This document shows positions 10,379 through 20,717 of a stretch of 64,000 nt of DNA, in pieces. A program made the position numbers and the translations under genes. The DNA lies in NCBI GenBank assembly GCA_963805975.1, contig CAWDVR010000004.1, forward strand, positions 1 through 64,000, in the 5' to 3' direction. The stretch is from an uncultured Acidobacteriota bacterium. Its GTDB lineage: Bacteria > Acidobacteriota > Thermoanaerobaculia > Multivoradales > SZUA-115. Numbering within the stretch: position 1 is the stretch's first letter; each line of letters starts with the position of its first letter. The notes under the pieces are model-generated. The model saw nothing but the letters and a program-made list of their open reading frames with translations. It ran no database searches and was not told where the DNA came from.

Positions 10379-10439
10379 TTCTAACGTTTGAACTCAGCCG
10401 CGCCCGCTTGCAGGCGTCGGCTGGAGTGAATTCTTAGGT
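10379..10439 (-). other. attC site of the DHFR-like cassette (R'' degenerate)
   Basis: Minus strand ACCTAAG-aattcactc-CAGCCGAC...CGGCTGA-gttcaaac-GTTAGAA, the classical short attC pattern. Confidence 0.8.
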
Positions 10440-11032
10440 GGTAGCGTTCCGTGGCTCGCCACGAGTCCTCGCACCTCGTAACAAAGCTCCACCATGCCGC
10501 TCTTATAGGCTTTGACCTCCGCCAGATGGAGGGCGATGTCTCTGTCGAGTTTCTCGAAGAACGGCATCCCATCGCCAATCAAGATCGGCAGGATCGAATA
10601 GCGAACTTCGTCGGCTAGCCCGAGACGAAGGCATTCGCCGGAAACTACACCGCCTCCGACAAACCAGATGCTACGGAACGAGAGCCGCAGGCGCCCATTC
10701 ACGAACTGCGCAAGATCGCCAGAGTAGAACTCGACTGTATCCCGGCTTCGCGGCAGATCGCGACTGGTGAGGACGAAGGTGGGTTTGTCGCCGTACGACC
10801 AGCCCAATCCTCTGGCTTCAAAACGAAGCGCGGTCTCATAGGTTCGCGATCCCATGACGTAGCAGTCGATCGTCTTGAGGAACGCCTCGACGAATCCTGG
10901 GTCCAGGGTGTCGCCGCCTGCGAATTCGTCTGAGGTTTCGAGCCAGTCGACGCGCCCGTCCTTTCGAGCGATGAAGCCGTCGAGACTGGCGGCCATGTGA
11001 ATCGTTACGCGAGAACAAATGGTTGCCATCAT
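10394..11032 (-). CDS. Dihydrofolate reductase/RibD C-terminal family protein, cassette
   Basis: MAASLDGFIA, VMGSRTYE, IWFVGGG, LADE..PILIGDG. Confidence 0.9.
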   Translation of the reverse strand: MMATICSRVTIHMAASLDGFIARKDGRVDWLETSDEFAGGDTLDPGFVEAFLKTIDCYVMGSRTYETALRFEARGLGWSYGDKPTFVLTSRDLPRSRDTVEFYSGDLAQFVNGRLRLSFRSIWFVGGGVVSGECLRLGLADEVRYSILPILIGDGMPFFEKLDRDIALHLAEVKAYKSGMVELCYEVRGLVASHGTLPPKNSLQPTPASGRG

Positions 11033-11094
11033 GTCGCTCTGTCGTCGAGTGCCGTGGTTCGCAGCAGTGCTCGGAGCCGCCGCCGCTTGAGTCC

Positions 11095-11177
11095 ACCTAA
11101 CGATACTGCCGTTCAGCGACGAATGGGAGAGGGAGCGAAGCGACCGACCCGTTCGTCCGCTGCAATGATGGTTAGCC
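11095..11177 (-). other. attC site
   Basis: Minus strand GGCTAAC..CAGCGGAC...CGCTGA..GTTAGGT. The R'' is complementary to the attI core GTTAGCC. Confidence 0.9.
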
Positions 11178-11205
11178 AGCACAAGCGCCCGGGTCGGTGA
11201 GGCCA

Positions 11206-11598
11206 CTACTCATTGCGAGTCACCCGCCCCGCGCCGACGTAGGTAGCACCGTCCTTCGCCGGAACCTCGTCGGGCCAACCTAATGTGGCACGGACAGCGC
11301 GGGCTAGAACCCTGACGCGCTCCCATCGAACGTCCGACTCAAGCAGACTGATGTCGGTCCAAAACTCCTCGTTCTGGGGACCTGAGAGTTCGTTAAGGTA
11401 GGTATCGAGTGCCGACAGTGACGCGGCCTCCGATGGCGAGAGCGTCGCCTGGGTCTCCCGAAACGTTCGCATGGCATCCTCGAACTCCAACGCGAGTTCA
11501 TCGCCGACACAGGCAACGTCTGGGAACAAGGACACCTGTATCGCCCCAGGTTGAGCGAGGGCCTGTACGCACCGACGAAGCTCGATCAAAGCGTCCAT
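11206..11598 (-). CDS. Hypothetical 130-aa helical protein, first cassette after attI
   Basis: ATG lies 7 nt after the GTTAGCC core; bounded by an attC. Confidence 0.7.
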   Translation of the reverse strand: MDALIELRRCVQALAQPGAIQVSLFPDVACVGDELALEFEDAMRTFRETQATLSPSEAASLSALDTYLNELSGPQNEEFWTDISLLESDVRWERVRVLARAVRATLGWPDEVPAKDGATYVGAGRVTRNE

Positions 11599-11605
11599 GG
11601 TGTCT

Positions 11606-11680
11606 GGCTAACTGGTGCATCTACATTCGACGGGTCCAGTTATCCAGAATCCTTGAGACCCTCACTCGTCGCTGAAGTTC
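11606..11680 (-). other. Putative attI site, copy 1
   Basis: GTTAGCC core with no attC hairpin upstream. The upstream sequence is conserved with 41113-41190 and homology breaks down at the core. Confidence 0.75.
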
Positions 11681-11738
11681 CGAGAGGTCGAGGGGCGCCG
11701 CCCACTCGAAGTGCTTTCGGATGCCAGTAGTTAGGAGC

Positions 11739-11766
11739 ATTTTACGTCTACTTCAATAGGAGTCAA
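11739..11766 (-). promoter_or_regulatory. Sigma70-type cassette promoter (Pc-like)
   Basis: TTGACT-N16-TAAAAT facing attI, conserved at 41246-41273. Confidence 0.8.
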
Positions 11767-12204
11767 CCCGGCCCGAGAGTCCAGTTAGCGGAGCATCTTG
11801 ACCACCGGAAGGCTGGTCAAGTCGAAGTCGTTACACGGCGGTAAGGCTGCTTCGCGGAGGCGCCTGTAAGCCTCGCTGACAGAGGGGGATATGGCTGGCC
11901 TGGGCGATCCCGGACGGCTTGAGACTCGCCGGCCTGTGCTCTCGGAGAGGGGAGGGCGCGTTCTCCGCCTGCTGTCGTTCGCTGAACCTCCAGGGGCTCG
12001 CGGCGCTCGGACCCGGCGACTCAACTGAGCTGAGAGGACTTGCGGGCCACGAGGACCCGAAGGGCCTCGGCGCTTCACCGAAAAGGCGCCGGCCGTTCAG
12101 TGACTCAGAGCTTAGGCGGCCGGGTCTCAAGGCTCGACCTGGCAGCGTCGAGTTCAAAGACCTACTACTCGACATGTCCTGCGAGGCTCGACTGCACGGC
12201 GCTC

Positions 12205-12368
12205 TCGAGTGAAGGTCGGCCGGGCTCTTCACTCCTCGGCCGCCACGGTTGAGCACATGGGTGTAGATCATGATCGTTTTCAGGTGGTAGTGTCCCAGGA
12301 TTTCCGGCACGGTTCGAATGTCGTAGCCGTTCATCAGCAGGTGAGTGGCAAAGCTGCAGCGAGAACGT
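12205..12368 (-). pseudogene. intI: Integron integrase C-terminal remnant
   Basis: [44 protein letters not shown] matches the typical IntI C-terminus. Confidence 0.85.
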
Positions 12369-13911
12369 GGGCGAGAAGTACGGCTACTGGCTACGGGCCG
12401 CCGTCGAGCGCTGGAAAGAGCATAGGAAGGTCTTCAAGGAGCTCGGCATCCGGCCGGTGCTTTTCATCATGGCCGAGAAGAACGTGCTCGCCGACGCTAT
12501 CGGTGCCTATCTCTGGAAGACGCCGGAATTCGGCTTCAAGGAGTCCGAGGTCTTGGTCATCCACACCGACTCGTCCGGCGAGATGACGAAGAAGGACCTC
12601 GATCGCGCCCGCGAGGCGGCGCGCGATATCGACGGGCCGGCGAGTAAGACGAAGGCGATCGTCAGCGTGATGATGCTGCGCGAGGGGTGGGACGTGCGCA
12701 ATGTCTCCGTGGTCCTGGGTCTCCGGCCGTTCACAGCCAGGGCCGAGATTCTTCCCGAGCAGGTCATCGGCCGAGGGCTGCGCCTGATGAACCAGGTCGG
12801 GCCGGATCGCACCCAGACGTTGGAGGTGCTCGGCACCCGCAACCTGCTCAACGTGCTCCGCGATCAGCTCGAAGCCGAGGGCGTGGGGGTCAAGAGCACC
12901 AGGAGCGACCCACCCGTGGCTTTCATCATCTACCCGGTGAAAGAGCGGCTGGACTACGACATCGCCATCCCCATCACCAAGCCCCGCCTGGAGCACGACA
13001 TCCGCAAGCTCTCCGAACTCAAGGTCGAGGCACTCGGGCCGATCTACGAACAGGAGGAGGTGGACGAGCGCTTCCGCATCAGCCTGAAGCTCGAGTTTGC
13101 CACCACCGAGACGGAGATTCATCAGGCAGACATAGGGGCTGGTGAGTTGCCCACCGCGCAAGCACTGCTCGGCAGCATCACCAGCAAGGTCATGGAACGG
13201 GCCAAGCTCACCGCCTGCTTCGCCGAGCTCTATCCCCTGGTTCGGGCCTATGTGACGCAGCGCTGCTTCGGCCGCATTGTCGATCTGGAGCAAGAGACCT
13301 TGCGTTCCCACCTCGCCCGTCTGGAGCTCAAGGAGGGCATCGCCCAGTATCTGGCTCGGAGGATCGCCGCGCTGACGGTGGAAAGGAAGAAGATCGAGTT
13401 CGAGCGTGCGGACAACCGTCTGTCGGACACCAAGCCCTTCAGTTGGCGCCGCAACCTCCCGCCCCTGACGGTGACCAAGACCATCTTCAACTATGTGGCC
13501 ACCTACAACGACTTCGAGCGCCGCTTTGCCCACTTCCTCGACGCGGCGGACGACGTACTGCGCTTCGCCTCCCTGGGCACCACCGAGCAGGGCGACTCCG
13601 CCACGCAGTTCCGCGTCGACTACCTCAAGCCTAGCGGCGCCATCGGCTTCTACCACCCGGACTGGGTAGTGGTGCAGCGCCAAGGGACCGGCGAGGTGCA
13701 CTGGATCATCGAAACCAAAGGCCGCGTCTGGGAGGGCACCGAGGCCAAGGACCAGGCGATCGAAGACTGGTGCCAGCGTGTGACGGAAGCTACTGGCAAG
13801 GAGTGGCGCTACCGGCGTGTGAACCAGGTGGCCTTCGAGAAGCGGAAGCCAAGGAGGCTGGAGGAGGTCGTCACTTCCGAGGACGGCTCTTCGGGAGGTC
13901 TCGCCCTCTGA
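12367..13911 (+). pseudogene. Type III restriction enzyme Res subunit, N-terminally truncated
   Basis: MLREGWDV, EQVIGRGLR and YHPDW..IIETKG nuclease motifs. Walker A and DEAH motifs are absent. Confidence 0.85.
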
Positions 13912-13972
13912 AGGTCACCTAGGACGGAGATCACGTTGGGTTAGAAGTTCCGCAGGCCAAGCGAGATGCGAG

Positions 13973-15394
13973 ATGCACACAGCGATGGACGCCTTCCGCT
14001 TTGACTTCGACGACAGCCCGGCGACCCAGGACTGCCTGGGTTTCCAGGAGCCCGCGGAGAATCTCGCGCGGCAGCTGGCGAGCTCACGGCTGCCCTTGGT
14101 GCTGGGCCTTTTCGGTCGATGGGGCTGCGGGAAGAGTAGCTTCCTGGAGATGCTTGTGCGCGCCCTCGAAGCTGTGCCTGCCAACTTGCGTAGGATGAGT
14201 CCCGTCGCCTTCGAGCCCTGGAAGCTTCAGGACTCCTCGACCATCCTCCATGATCTCGTCAGCGCCATTCACCTGACTGTCACGAAGGACACCAAGCTTT
14301 CTTCGCAGTCCGACGACTGTGCAAGGCAGCTCTTTTCCCACCTCGGAGGCCTTACAGCGAGCTCGCTTCGAGAAATGTTACTTTCCGGTGCCGGTCATCT
14401 CGCAGAGTCGCGGTTGGCCCTCGGTAAGGAAGTGCGGACAGCCATTCACAAGATGCTGCGAACCCCTCCGGAGCGGATAGCGCAAAGTAGGGTCCAAGCT
14501 TCGCGAGCGTTGTCAGGGGCGTACGCTGCCTATCTTCGATCTCTACCCACCGTACCCGTTGTCGTAATCGACGACCTGGATCGATGCTCTCCGGCAGTGG
14601 TAGGACGGGTGCTGGAGGCGCTGAAGCTCTATTTGAGCGACCAGGATGCTCCTGCTCTTTACATTCTAGCGATGGACCATCAAATGGTTGTCAGTGCCGT
14701 ATGCGCGCACTGCGGCTTTGAGGACTGGAAAGATGGCTGGCAGTATCTGAGCAAGATATGCTCGGTCAACTACTTTGTTCCTCGCCCGCACCTCTCCGCG
14801 CTGACGGCCCACCTTACCGCCGAGATGCGCAAGGACCACGACGGTCTAAATGGGTTTTGGAAGTTCCTCTCAGAGGAGGAGACAGAGCGCCTCCTCTATC
14901 GTTCCGACTTGTACCTGCCCCGTCGCGTCAAGCGCGTGGTTCGCGAGCTCCACATGGCCTTGTCTCTTGGCGCTCATGGGCTCGTCAGGATTGTCCGTGA
15001 ACTCGCGGATCGCTATGCCGAGGAGGACAGGATTGAGCGACTCTGCTACCGCCTGCTACTCGGCGTTTTTCTCCTTCGAGAGGCATATCCGGAGGTTTAC
15101 TCGCAGATCGTGTACAGAACCCACACTCGAAGAGTCGACCTTCTCTTCGCGTTGGCTGAGGCAGCCGTCATAGCAGGAGCAGAATCTCGCACAGGCGCCA
15201 CAGCGGCGGTTCTCCAGAGCTGGTGCTTGTCTGGCCTGGCCCCTTACTTCTCCGAAACGGCGCTCCTCGATCTGGTAGTGGTGTTCTTTTCTCAGGAGGA
15301 CTATGGAACGCCAGCCGGAGCCCGTGATGGCAGCGACGCCACCGTGCCGCTTCATCCTCTAAACGCGCTCTTGGATCAGCTCATGGAGAGCTAG
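13973..15394 (+). CDS. KAP-family P-loop NTPase
   Basis: GLFGRWGCGKSS, FEPW, VVIDDLDRC, YLSKI, PRRVKR. Confidence 0.9.
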   Translation: MHTAMDAFRFDFDDSPATQDCLGFQEPAENLARQLASSRLPLVLGLFGRWGCGKSSFLEMLVRALEAVPANLRRMSPVAFEPWKLQDSSTILHDLVSAIHLTVTKDTKLSSQSDDCARQLFSHLGGLTASSLREMLLSGAGHLAESRLALGKEVRTAIHKMLRTPPERIAQSRVQASRALSGAYAAYLRSLPTVPVVVIDDLDRCSPAVVGRVLEALKLYLSDQDAPALYILAMDHQMVVSAVCAHCGFEDWKDGWQYLSKICSVNYFVPRPHLSALTAHLTAEMRKDHDGLNGFWKFLSEEETERLLYRSDLYLPRRVKRVVRELHMALSLGAHGLVRIVRELADRYAEEDRIERLCYRLLLGVFLLREAYPEVYSQIVYRTHTRRVDLLFALAEAAVIAGAESRTGATAAVLQSWCLSGLAPYFSETALLDLVVVFFSQEDYGTPAGARDGSDATVPLHPLNALLDQLMES

Positions 15395-17120
15395 CCCGCC
15401 CTTCTCACCACAAGCGACAAGCGGGGGGTTGTGGTGCGGCTGGGGGCGGTTTCGCTGTGCCAAGACGTAGTGGCAGTGGCTCGCCGGCGTGGGCTGCCGG
15501 AGATTTGTGATCCAAGGAGAGAGAGGTAGCCGGGAGCTGCTGTTTTCGAGGGCAGCTTCGCCAGGGCTTTACGAGTTTCGCGCGCGATGTCCCCGGCGTC
15601 GATCGTTCAGGCAGGGGCCGGTCCAGCTCGTCGGAGCTGATCGTAGGCGTGGGCGAAGAGAGCCTCGTAGGGATAGCCGCTGGCCATCGAGACCCAGACC
15701 TTGCGGACGGTGACCCGCACCAGGGCGCCGATCTTCAGCAGCTTGAGCCGGATTGTCGAGCAGCGGGCACGGGCGAAGGCGGTGCCGGCCAGGCCGAGGC
15801 GGCGTAGCTCGGACAGCAGCGTATAGGCCACGGAAGAGAGCCAGAGCCGTAGCTGGTTGACACGCATCTGCCGGGCCGAGGTGCGATCGGCAAACAGGTC
15901 CAGTTGCTGCTCCTTGATCCGGTTCTCCATCTCGCCGCGAGCGCAGTAGATCTCTTCGTAGAGCCTGCGGGCCCCGGCCTTGCGCCGAGACAGCGAGGTG
16001 ACCACGAAGCGCGGGTTTTCTCCACGTAAAGTGATCTCGGCCTTGCCGATCACGCGGCGTTCGCGGCTCCAGCTGTCGAGCGTGCTGTGCTGCCACTCGC
16101 CGTAGACCCGCTCGGGTTGACCCGACAGCTCGCAGCGCCGATGGGCTCGCTCGAAGGCTGGCTCCAGGGCGGCTTGGAGCCGCGGATTCTTGGCTAGGCC
16201 GAAGACGTAGTCGACACGGTTTTCCTCGCACCAGCTCATCAAAGCTTCGCGAGCGAAGCCGGAGTCGCCACGCACCAGGATGGCCGTCTTCGGCCAGCGC
16301 TCGCGGATCTGAGCGACGATGCGCTCGACCTCTTCGACACAGCCTGACGAAGCGTCGAGGTTGGCCCTGCGCAGACGGGCCAAGAGCAAGTGATCGCCAC
16401 AGAAGATGTACAGCGGCAGGTAGCAGTAGCCACCGTAGTCGCCGTGGAAGAAGCGGCCTTCCTGGTTGCCGTGGATCAGGTCGTCGGTGGCATCGCAGTC
16501 CAGAATGATCTGCTCTGGAGCCTTCGCCACACTGTCTAAAAACAGCTCGACGAAGAAACGATCGACCGCCTCACCGTCCACCGCGATGCGCCGGTATCGA
16601 TCCTTGCCGATCTCGCCCGAAACTCCCCATTCCAGCCGGTTCAACGTGCTCTTGCCCGCCAAGGCACGGCCCCGGTCCCGCTCGCGACGACGATCCTGGC
16701 CCGTCGGATCTTGCTTGCCTACCACCGCCGCCAGCAGCGCATCCCGGCGCAGCTCGTCGTGATCGTTGAGATCCTCACACCCCAACGCCAGAGCGAAGAC
16801 GCGCTGACGCAAGAGCTCCTCGACGGTGTGCTCGATCGCCCCAGGGTCGCGAGCATCCACAAAGCACGCCACGAAACGCTCGACGATGCTCCGGCACCGA
16901 TCCACCTCGCGCAACAGCACCACGCCACCGTCCGAGCTGATCCGACCGCCGTCGAAACCCGCCAGAATCTCTCGTCTCCCAACCCCTTGAAACTCGTAGC
17001 GCCGACCGATACAGTCTGTCGTCAAGGGCCGTCCCCTTTCGCTCGCTGTAAGTCGTTCTAGACAAGCAACTTATAGCACGAAAAGACGGCCCTTCTTGCG
17101 GCCCTGGTGAGAGATCCAGG
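15395..17120 (-). mobile_element. IS1380-family insertion sequence with CTAG target duplication
   Basis: Imperfect terminal inverted repeats CC..TCTCACCA. CTAG at 15391-15394 and 17121-17124. Confidence 0.85.
15607..17025 (-). CDS. IS1380 DDE transposase
   Basis: FDGGRISSDGG, LDCDATDD..HGNQEG, VRGDSGF, YCARGEMENRIKE. Confidence 0.95.
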   Translation of the reverse strand: MTTDCIGRRYEFQGVGRREILAGFDGGRISSDGGVVLLREVDRCRSIVERFVACFVDARDPGAIEHTVEELLRQRVFALALGCEDLNDHDELRRDALLAAVVGKQDPTGQDRRRERDRGRALAGKSTLNRLEWGVSGEIGKDRYRRIAVDGEAVDRFFVELFLDSVAKAPEQIILDCDATDDLIHGNQEGRFFHGDYGGYCYLPLYIFCGDHLLLARLRRANLDASSGCVEEVERIVAQIRERWPKTAILVRGDSGFAREALMSWCEENRVDYVFGLAKNPRLQAALEPAFERAHRRCELSGQPERVYGEWQHSTLDSWSRERRVIGKAEITLRGENPRFVVTSLSRRKAGARRLYEEIYCARGEMENRIKEQQLDLFADRTSARQMRVNQLRLWLSSVAYTLLSELRRLGLAGTAFARARCSTIRLKLLKIGALVRVTVRKVWVSMASGYPYEALFAHAYDQLRRAGPAPA

Positions 17121-17379
17121 CTAGAGATCGCGGGCTCAGCGGCTCTGTACGCAAGGTCGCACTTGCCCCTTGCAGCCGCTTCCTCCTTGGGGGGAATGGG
17201 GTGCCGAGACGAGGAGCATCACGTCTCCCTCGAGGTCCCTGAACAATGAGCGCAGATCCAGACCGGGCACAGCGCCATAGGGATCGCGCGGAGGCGGCTG
17301 CCGGTGCTCGGCGATGAGCTTGCTCGTTTGGGTTCCGCGGGCAGGCAGGGTGAGGCTGACCTCAGCCCGCCCGGTGGTG

Positions 17380-17520
17380 GGCGCTGTCGGCAGCCGAGGG
17401 CAGGCCAGCAGCCGTCCGGGGCGCTGGTGGGCCGGGGCTAGAAGGGGCGAGCTCGTGCTTCGGCCGCATCTGCGGCCAGCACCACTGAGGCGGGCTGGCG
17501 ACTGGAGTCAATGAGCCGGG
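17380..17520 (-). repeat. Conserved non-coding promoter/hairpin leader, shared with 56395-56540
   Basis: Identical CGGCCGCATCTGCGGCCAGCA at 17461 and 56480, with a minus-strand TTGACT at the same 45-nt offset in both. Confidence 0.6.
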
Positions 17521-17714
17521 AGCGGGCTGCCGGTACGGCCCTCGCCCGAGGGTTGGTCCCGCTGGGGAACAAGGATCCGGGGCGCTCGGCGGCAGGGCGC
17601 AACCTACGCCCGACTGCTCGTTCTGGTGTTTGCGCTATGTTTGCTCGCCTCGGACGAGGCTTCGCTGAGGGCCAACGGGAGTGCCTCTAACTCTCTGAGG
17701 AGAAAGCGGTTACC

Positions 17715-17760
17715 TGGTGCACCCTGCAGGACTCGAACCTGCAACCTTCTGATCCGTAGT
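17715..17760 (-). repeat. att core: 3' half of tRNA-Arg(ACG), left boundary of the middle island
   Basis: Minus strand ACTACGGATCAGAAGGTTGCAGGTTCGAGTCCTGCAGGGTGCACCA has the anticodon loop, T-arm and CCA but no 5' half. Identical to 57984-58029. Confidence 0.9.
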
Positions 17761-17908
17761 TAAGTTCCCCTACAAGTTCTCATCGAATCTCGCCCCTTCT
17801 CGCCGGGTCTCATCCGGGCTCATGGCAAGAGCCCTATCCGATTGAGGCATCTAGACTTAGAGCCTTCTTACCTCTTACCATCAGGGCTTACATGCCCCCG
17901 CCGAAGCT

Positions 17909-17941
17909 CATGTTTTCTGGCAACGATAGAGCAACGACAGA
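17909..17941. repeat. Putative integrase arm-binding site, 33 bp, three identical copies
   Basis: CATGTTTTCTGGCAACGATAGAGCAACGACAGA at 17909, 57888 and 58188, with an internal tandem GCAACGAyAG. Confidence 0.75.
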
Positions 17942-18043
17942 TCCCATCGTTGCAGGGGACCCCCACCAGGGGCCAGACGGCGCCCGGCGAGCCGGCTAAG
18001 CCGCGCCCAGGGTGGGCCCTCGCCCGGACCCCAAGAGGTGACC

Positions 18044-19345
18044 ATGACGCTGACCGACCGGCAGATCACCTGCGCCAAGTGCCCTTCCAACCTGAACCAA
18101 TACGACCTCCGGGACGAACAGGTCCGAGGGCTCGTCCTTCGGGTCTACACCCGGGGCGCCAAGTCCTGGTTTGTCTTCTACCGGCGCCGGCAGGACAACC
18201 AGCGGCGCATCCTCAAGCTGGGTGCCTACCCGGGCCTCTCGCTCAAGCAGGCCCGCGACCGGGCTGAGATCGAGCTCGGCCGGATCGCCGCAGGAGAAGA
18301 CCCCCAGGCCGAGCGCGAAGAGGTGCGCTCCCGAGGCAGCGCCTCGACGATGGCCGAGGTGGCTCAGGAGTACCTGGACCTCTACGCCAAGGAGCACAAG
18401 CGGCCGGCCAGCTACAGCATGGATCGCTGGCAGCTCGAGACGTACGTCCTGCCTCGGTGGGGCAAGCGGCCCGTCGTCGAGGTGACGAGGCGCGATGTCC
18501 AGGCCCTCCTTGAGGACGTTGCCAGCGGGAAGGTCGCGGCCAGAGGACGGCCGACGAAGGTCGCGCCCCGCAACCTGAAGGCGCTCCTCTCGAAGCTTTT
18601 CGACTGGGTAGCCGATCGGGGAGTCCTCGCCGGCAATCCGGCCGCCGGGGTGAAACTCCCGACGAGTGTCAGGGAGCACCTGAAGCGAGGCGGCCGGGAC
18701 CGAGTGCTCACCGACGAGGAGATCCGCACGCTATGGGAGGAGTTGGACCGGCTGGAGCAGGACCGCCGGACACAGGACTATGGCGCCGCTACGGCTGCGG
18801 CCTTCCGGCTGATGCTGCTCACCGCCCAGCGGTCCGGTGAGGTGCTCTCCATGCGGTGGAAGGACATCGAGGGCGGCGAGGTGTGGGTGGTCCCGGCCGA
18901 GGTGGCGAAGAACGGCGAGGCGAACCGCGTCTACCTCTCGCCCCAGGTGCAGGCGATCCTCCGAAGCCTGAAGACCGAAACCGGCGGCTCCGAGTGGGTG
19001 CTGGCGAGCGGGCGCAAGCCTGGGCACCATCTGACAACCGTCAAGACCGCAACCCAAGCAATCATCCGGCGAAACGACCAAAGGCATTGGACGCCCCACG
19101 ACTTGCGACGCACGGCGGCCTCGAAGATGCGGGCGATGAATATCTCGCGGCTCGTCGTCCAGGCGATCCTCAACCACAAGGACCGGAGCGTCACCGCCGT
19201 CTACGACCGCTACGGCCAAGACCCGGAGAAGAAGGCGGCGCTCTGCGCCTGGGGGCGACGGGTCGAGGAGATCGTGCGTGGCGGAGCGCCAGGGGCGGCT
19301 GTGGTGAGATTCCCGATCGGGCTAGAAGCCCGACTGGCAGTGTAG
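18044..19345 (+). CDS. P4-like tyrosine integrase with an arm-binding domain
   Basis: LRDEQVRGLVLRV, LGAYPGLSLKQAR, LLTAQRSGE, KNG, HDLRRT, LNH, VYDRY. Confidence 0.95.
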   Translation: MTLTDRQITCAKCPSNLNQYDLRDEQVRGLVLRVYTRGAKSWFVFYRRRQDNQRRILKLGAYPGLSLKQARDRAEIELGRIAAGEDPQAEREEVRSRGSASTMAEVAQEYLDLYAKEHKRPASYSMDRWQLETYVLPRWGKRPVVEVTRRDVQALLEDVASGKVAARGRPTKVAPRNLKALLSKLFDWVADRGVLAGNPAAGVKLPTSVREHLKRGGRDRVLTDEEIRTLWEELDRLEQDRRTQDYGAATAAAFRLMLLTAQRSGEVLSMRWKDIEGGEVWVVPAEVAKNGEANRVYLSPQVQAILRSLKTETGGSEWVLASGRKPGHHLTTVKTATQAIIRRNDQRHWTPHDLRRTAASKMRAMNISRLVVQAILNHKDRSVTAVYDRYGQDPEKKAALCAWGRRVEEIVRGGAPGAAVVRFPIGLEARLAV

Positions 19346-19439
19346 GCGAGCATCCCCGCCGACTTGATCCCGAGCCAAGACTGAGAGCTTGCATTGCCAA
19401 CGGACCTTCCTAGTGCGACGGCGACACGCTGAAGGAGAA

Positions 19440-20294
19440 ATGATGGGTGAGAAGTCCTCAAAGACTCCGCGTGTTGCTCCCCACGTGAGCATTGAAAACC
19501 GTAGGACCGTCCAGAGAGCGAAGGGAGGGGATCCTGAGGCGCTTCGCGAGATCCTTGCCGATCTCGAAGCCTCTCTGCGTGGCAAGAAGAATCTCGACCC
19601 TGCTTTCGGCCACTACTGCGCGGATGCCCTGAAGCAGCTTCTGGGGAACTCCAACTCATGGGCGGGCGCAGCAAAGGAGTTTCAGCTGCTCGATCGATCT
19701 AAGGTCTCGGTGAAGAACCGCGTCGCGCGACAGGGTCCCCGGCTGTCCCCGAACACACTCAAGAGGATTGACAACATGTTCGGTCGTGCCTTTGGGCTCA
19801 GTAAGCCACAAGGCAAGGACGCCGGAGCGTACCATTTCTTGCTTACACCTCTCTCCGTTTGGAAGATTTTCGACCTGCGACTCTATGGAGCGTCGTTACC
19901 GCACTCAACGAAAATAGTGCGCAGTGTTTGTGACATCAAACTCTCTGATCGCAAGGTCAAAGAGTGGTTCTTGCGTTGCTCCTGGCTCAAGCTACCTGAG
20001 GTTGGAACGCATGAATTCTCTTGCGGCCAACATCATCGGAGATTGAAGCTTGCGGCTCGATTGGTGCACAGAACGGTCCGGGATATGAGCTTCGGCGAAG
20101 CTTGCAGTGATGTTGCCAAGATCGCGGTCACAGACCTTTGTTTCCTCCCTGGGGCGACGGTCCACCTTAAGCCCGGAAGTGTCAAGTCAGCTTACAACTA
20201 CGCTGTAGCTTGTGGCGATCCGCGATGGGAACGTGCAGAACGATTGATCAGGCGATTTGCCCTGCAAAGCCAGCAGGTCGTAGGGAAGCCTTGA
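19440..20294 (+). CDS. Hypothetical protein
   Basis: Long ORF with RBS AAGGAG between int and alpA; lower GC. Confidence 0.55.
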   Translation: MMGEKSSKTPRVAPHVSIENRRTVQRAKGGDPEALREILADLEASLRGKKNLDPAFGHYCADALKQLLGNSNSWAGAAKEFQLLDRSKVSVKNRVARQGPRLSPNTLKRIDNMFGRAFGLSKPQGKDAGAYHFLLTPLSVWKIFDLRLYGASLPHSTKIVRSVCDIKLSDRKVKEWFLRCSWLKLPEVGTHEFSCGQHHRRLKLAARLVHRTVRDMSFGEACSDVAKIAVTDLCFLPGATVHLKPGSVKSAYNYAVACGDPRWERAERLIRRFALQSQQVVGKP

Positions 20295-20717
20295 TCTGAC
20301 GAGTCGCTCGATTCGCTCGGTCTGCATCCCCAACCCTCCATAGTCCACGCAGACTTTCCCACTACTGCGCCTTGAGGAAGCGGCTCTAAGCCTCCCAATT
20401 GCGGTGCGGAGCGCTCCGACGCCTGGCAAATGATCCACAATCGGTAGCCGCGCCGACCGGCCCGGCGCCAGCGGCTCCCGCCGACGCCGCAACTCCCTCC
20501 GATTCGCGCAGGATCTACCCGCTCCAGCCACTTCCATCCCCACGCCGTCGCGACCCTTCCCCTTTCAACCAAGCTCAGCGGTGCTGGCGACGGTCCCGGC
20601 GGTGGTCGGGCAGTTTCGCCGGAATTGACGGACCGCCCCCCGCGTCTCGTAAGTTGTCCCGGCTGGAGCGAGATGCCGCGTGAGTAGAGCTGAGAACGCC
20701 GATCCGGGAGGTCGCCT

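Noticed and set aside
10394-11032. Trimethoprim-resistance dfrA cassette
   Set aside because: Motifs fit the broader RibD-C/DHFR-like family, so resistance cannot be inferred.
11831-12204. Extended IntI C-terminal tail
   Set aside because: It reads through DNA that is homologous to non-coding spacer at 41.3-41.5 kb, so it is probably a lost stop codon.
17715-17760. Functional tRNA gene (also 57984-58029)
   Set aside because: Only the anticodon loop to CCA is present. The D-arm and 5' acceptor strand are missing, so these are att duplications.
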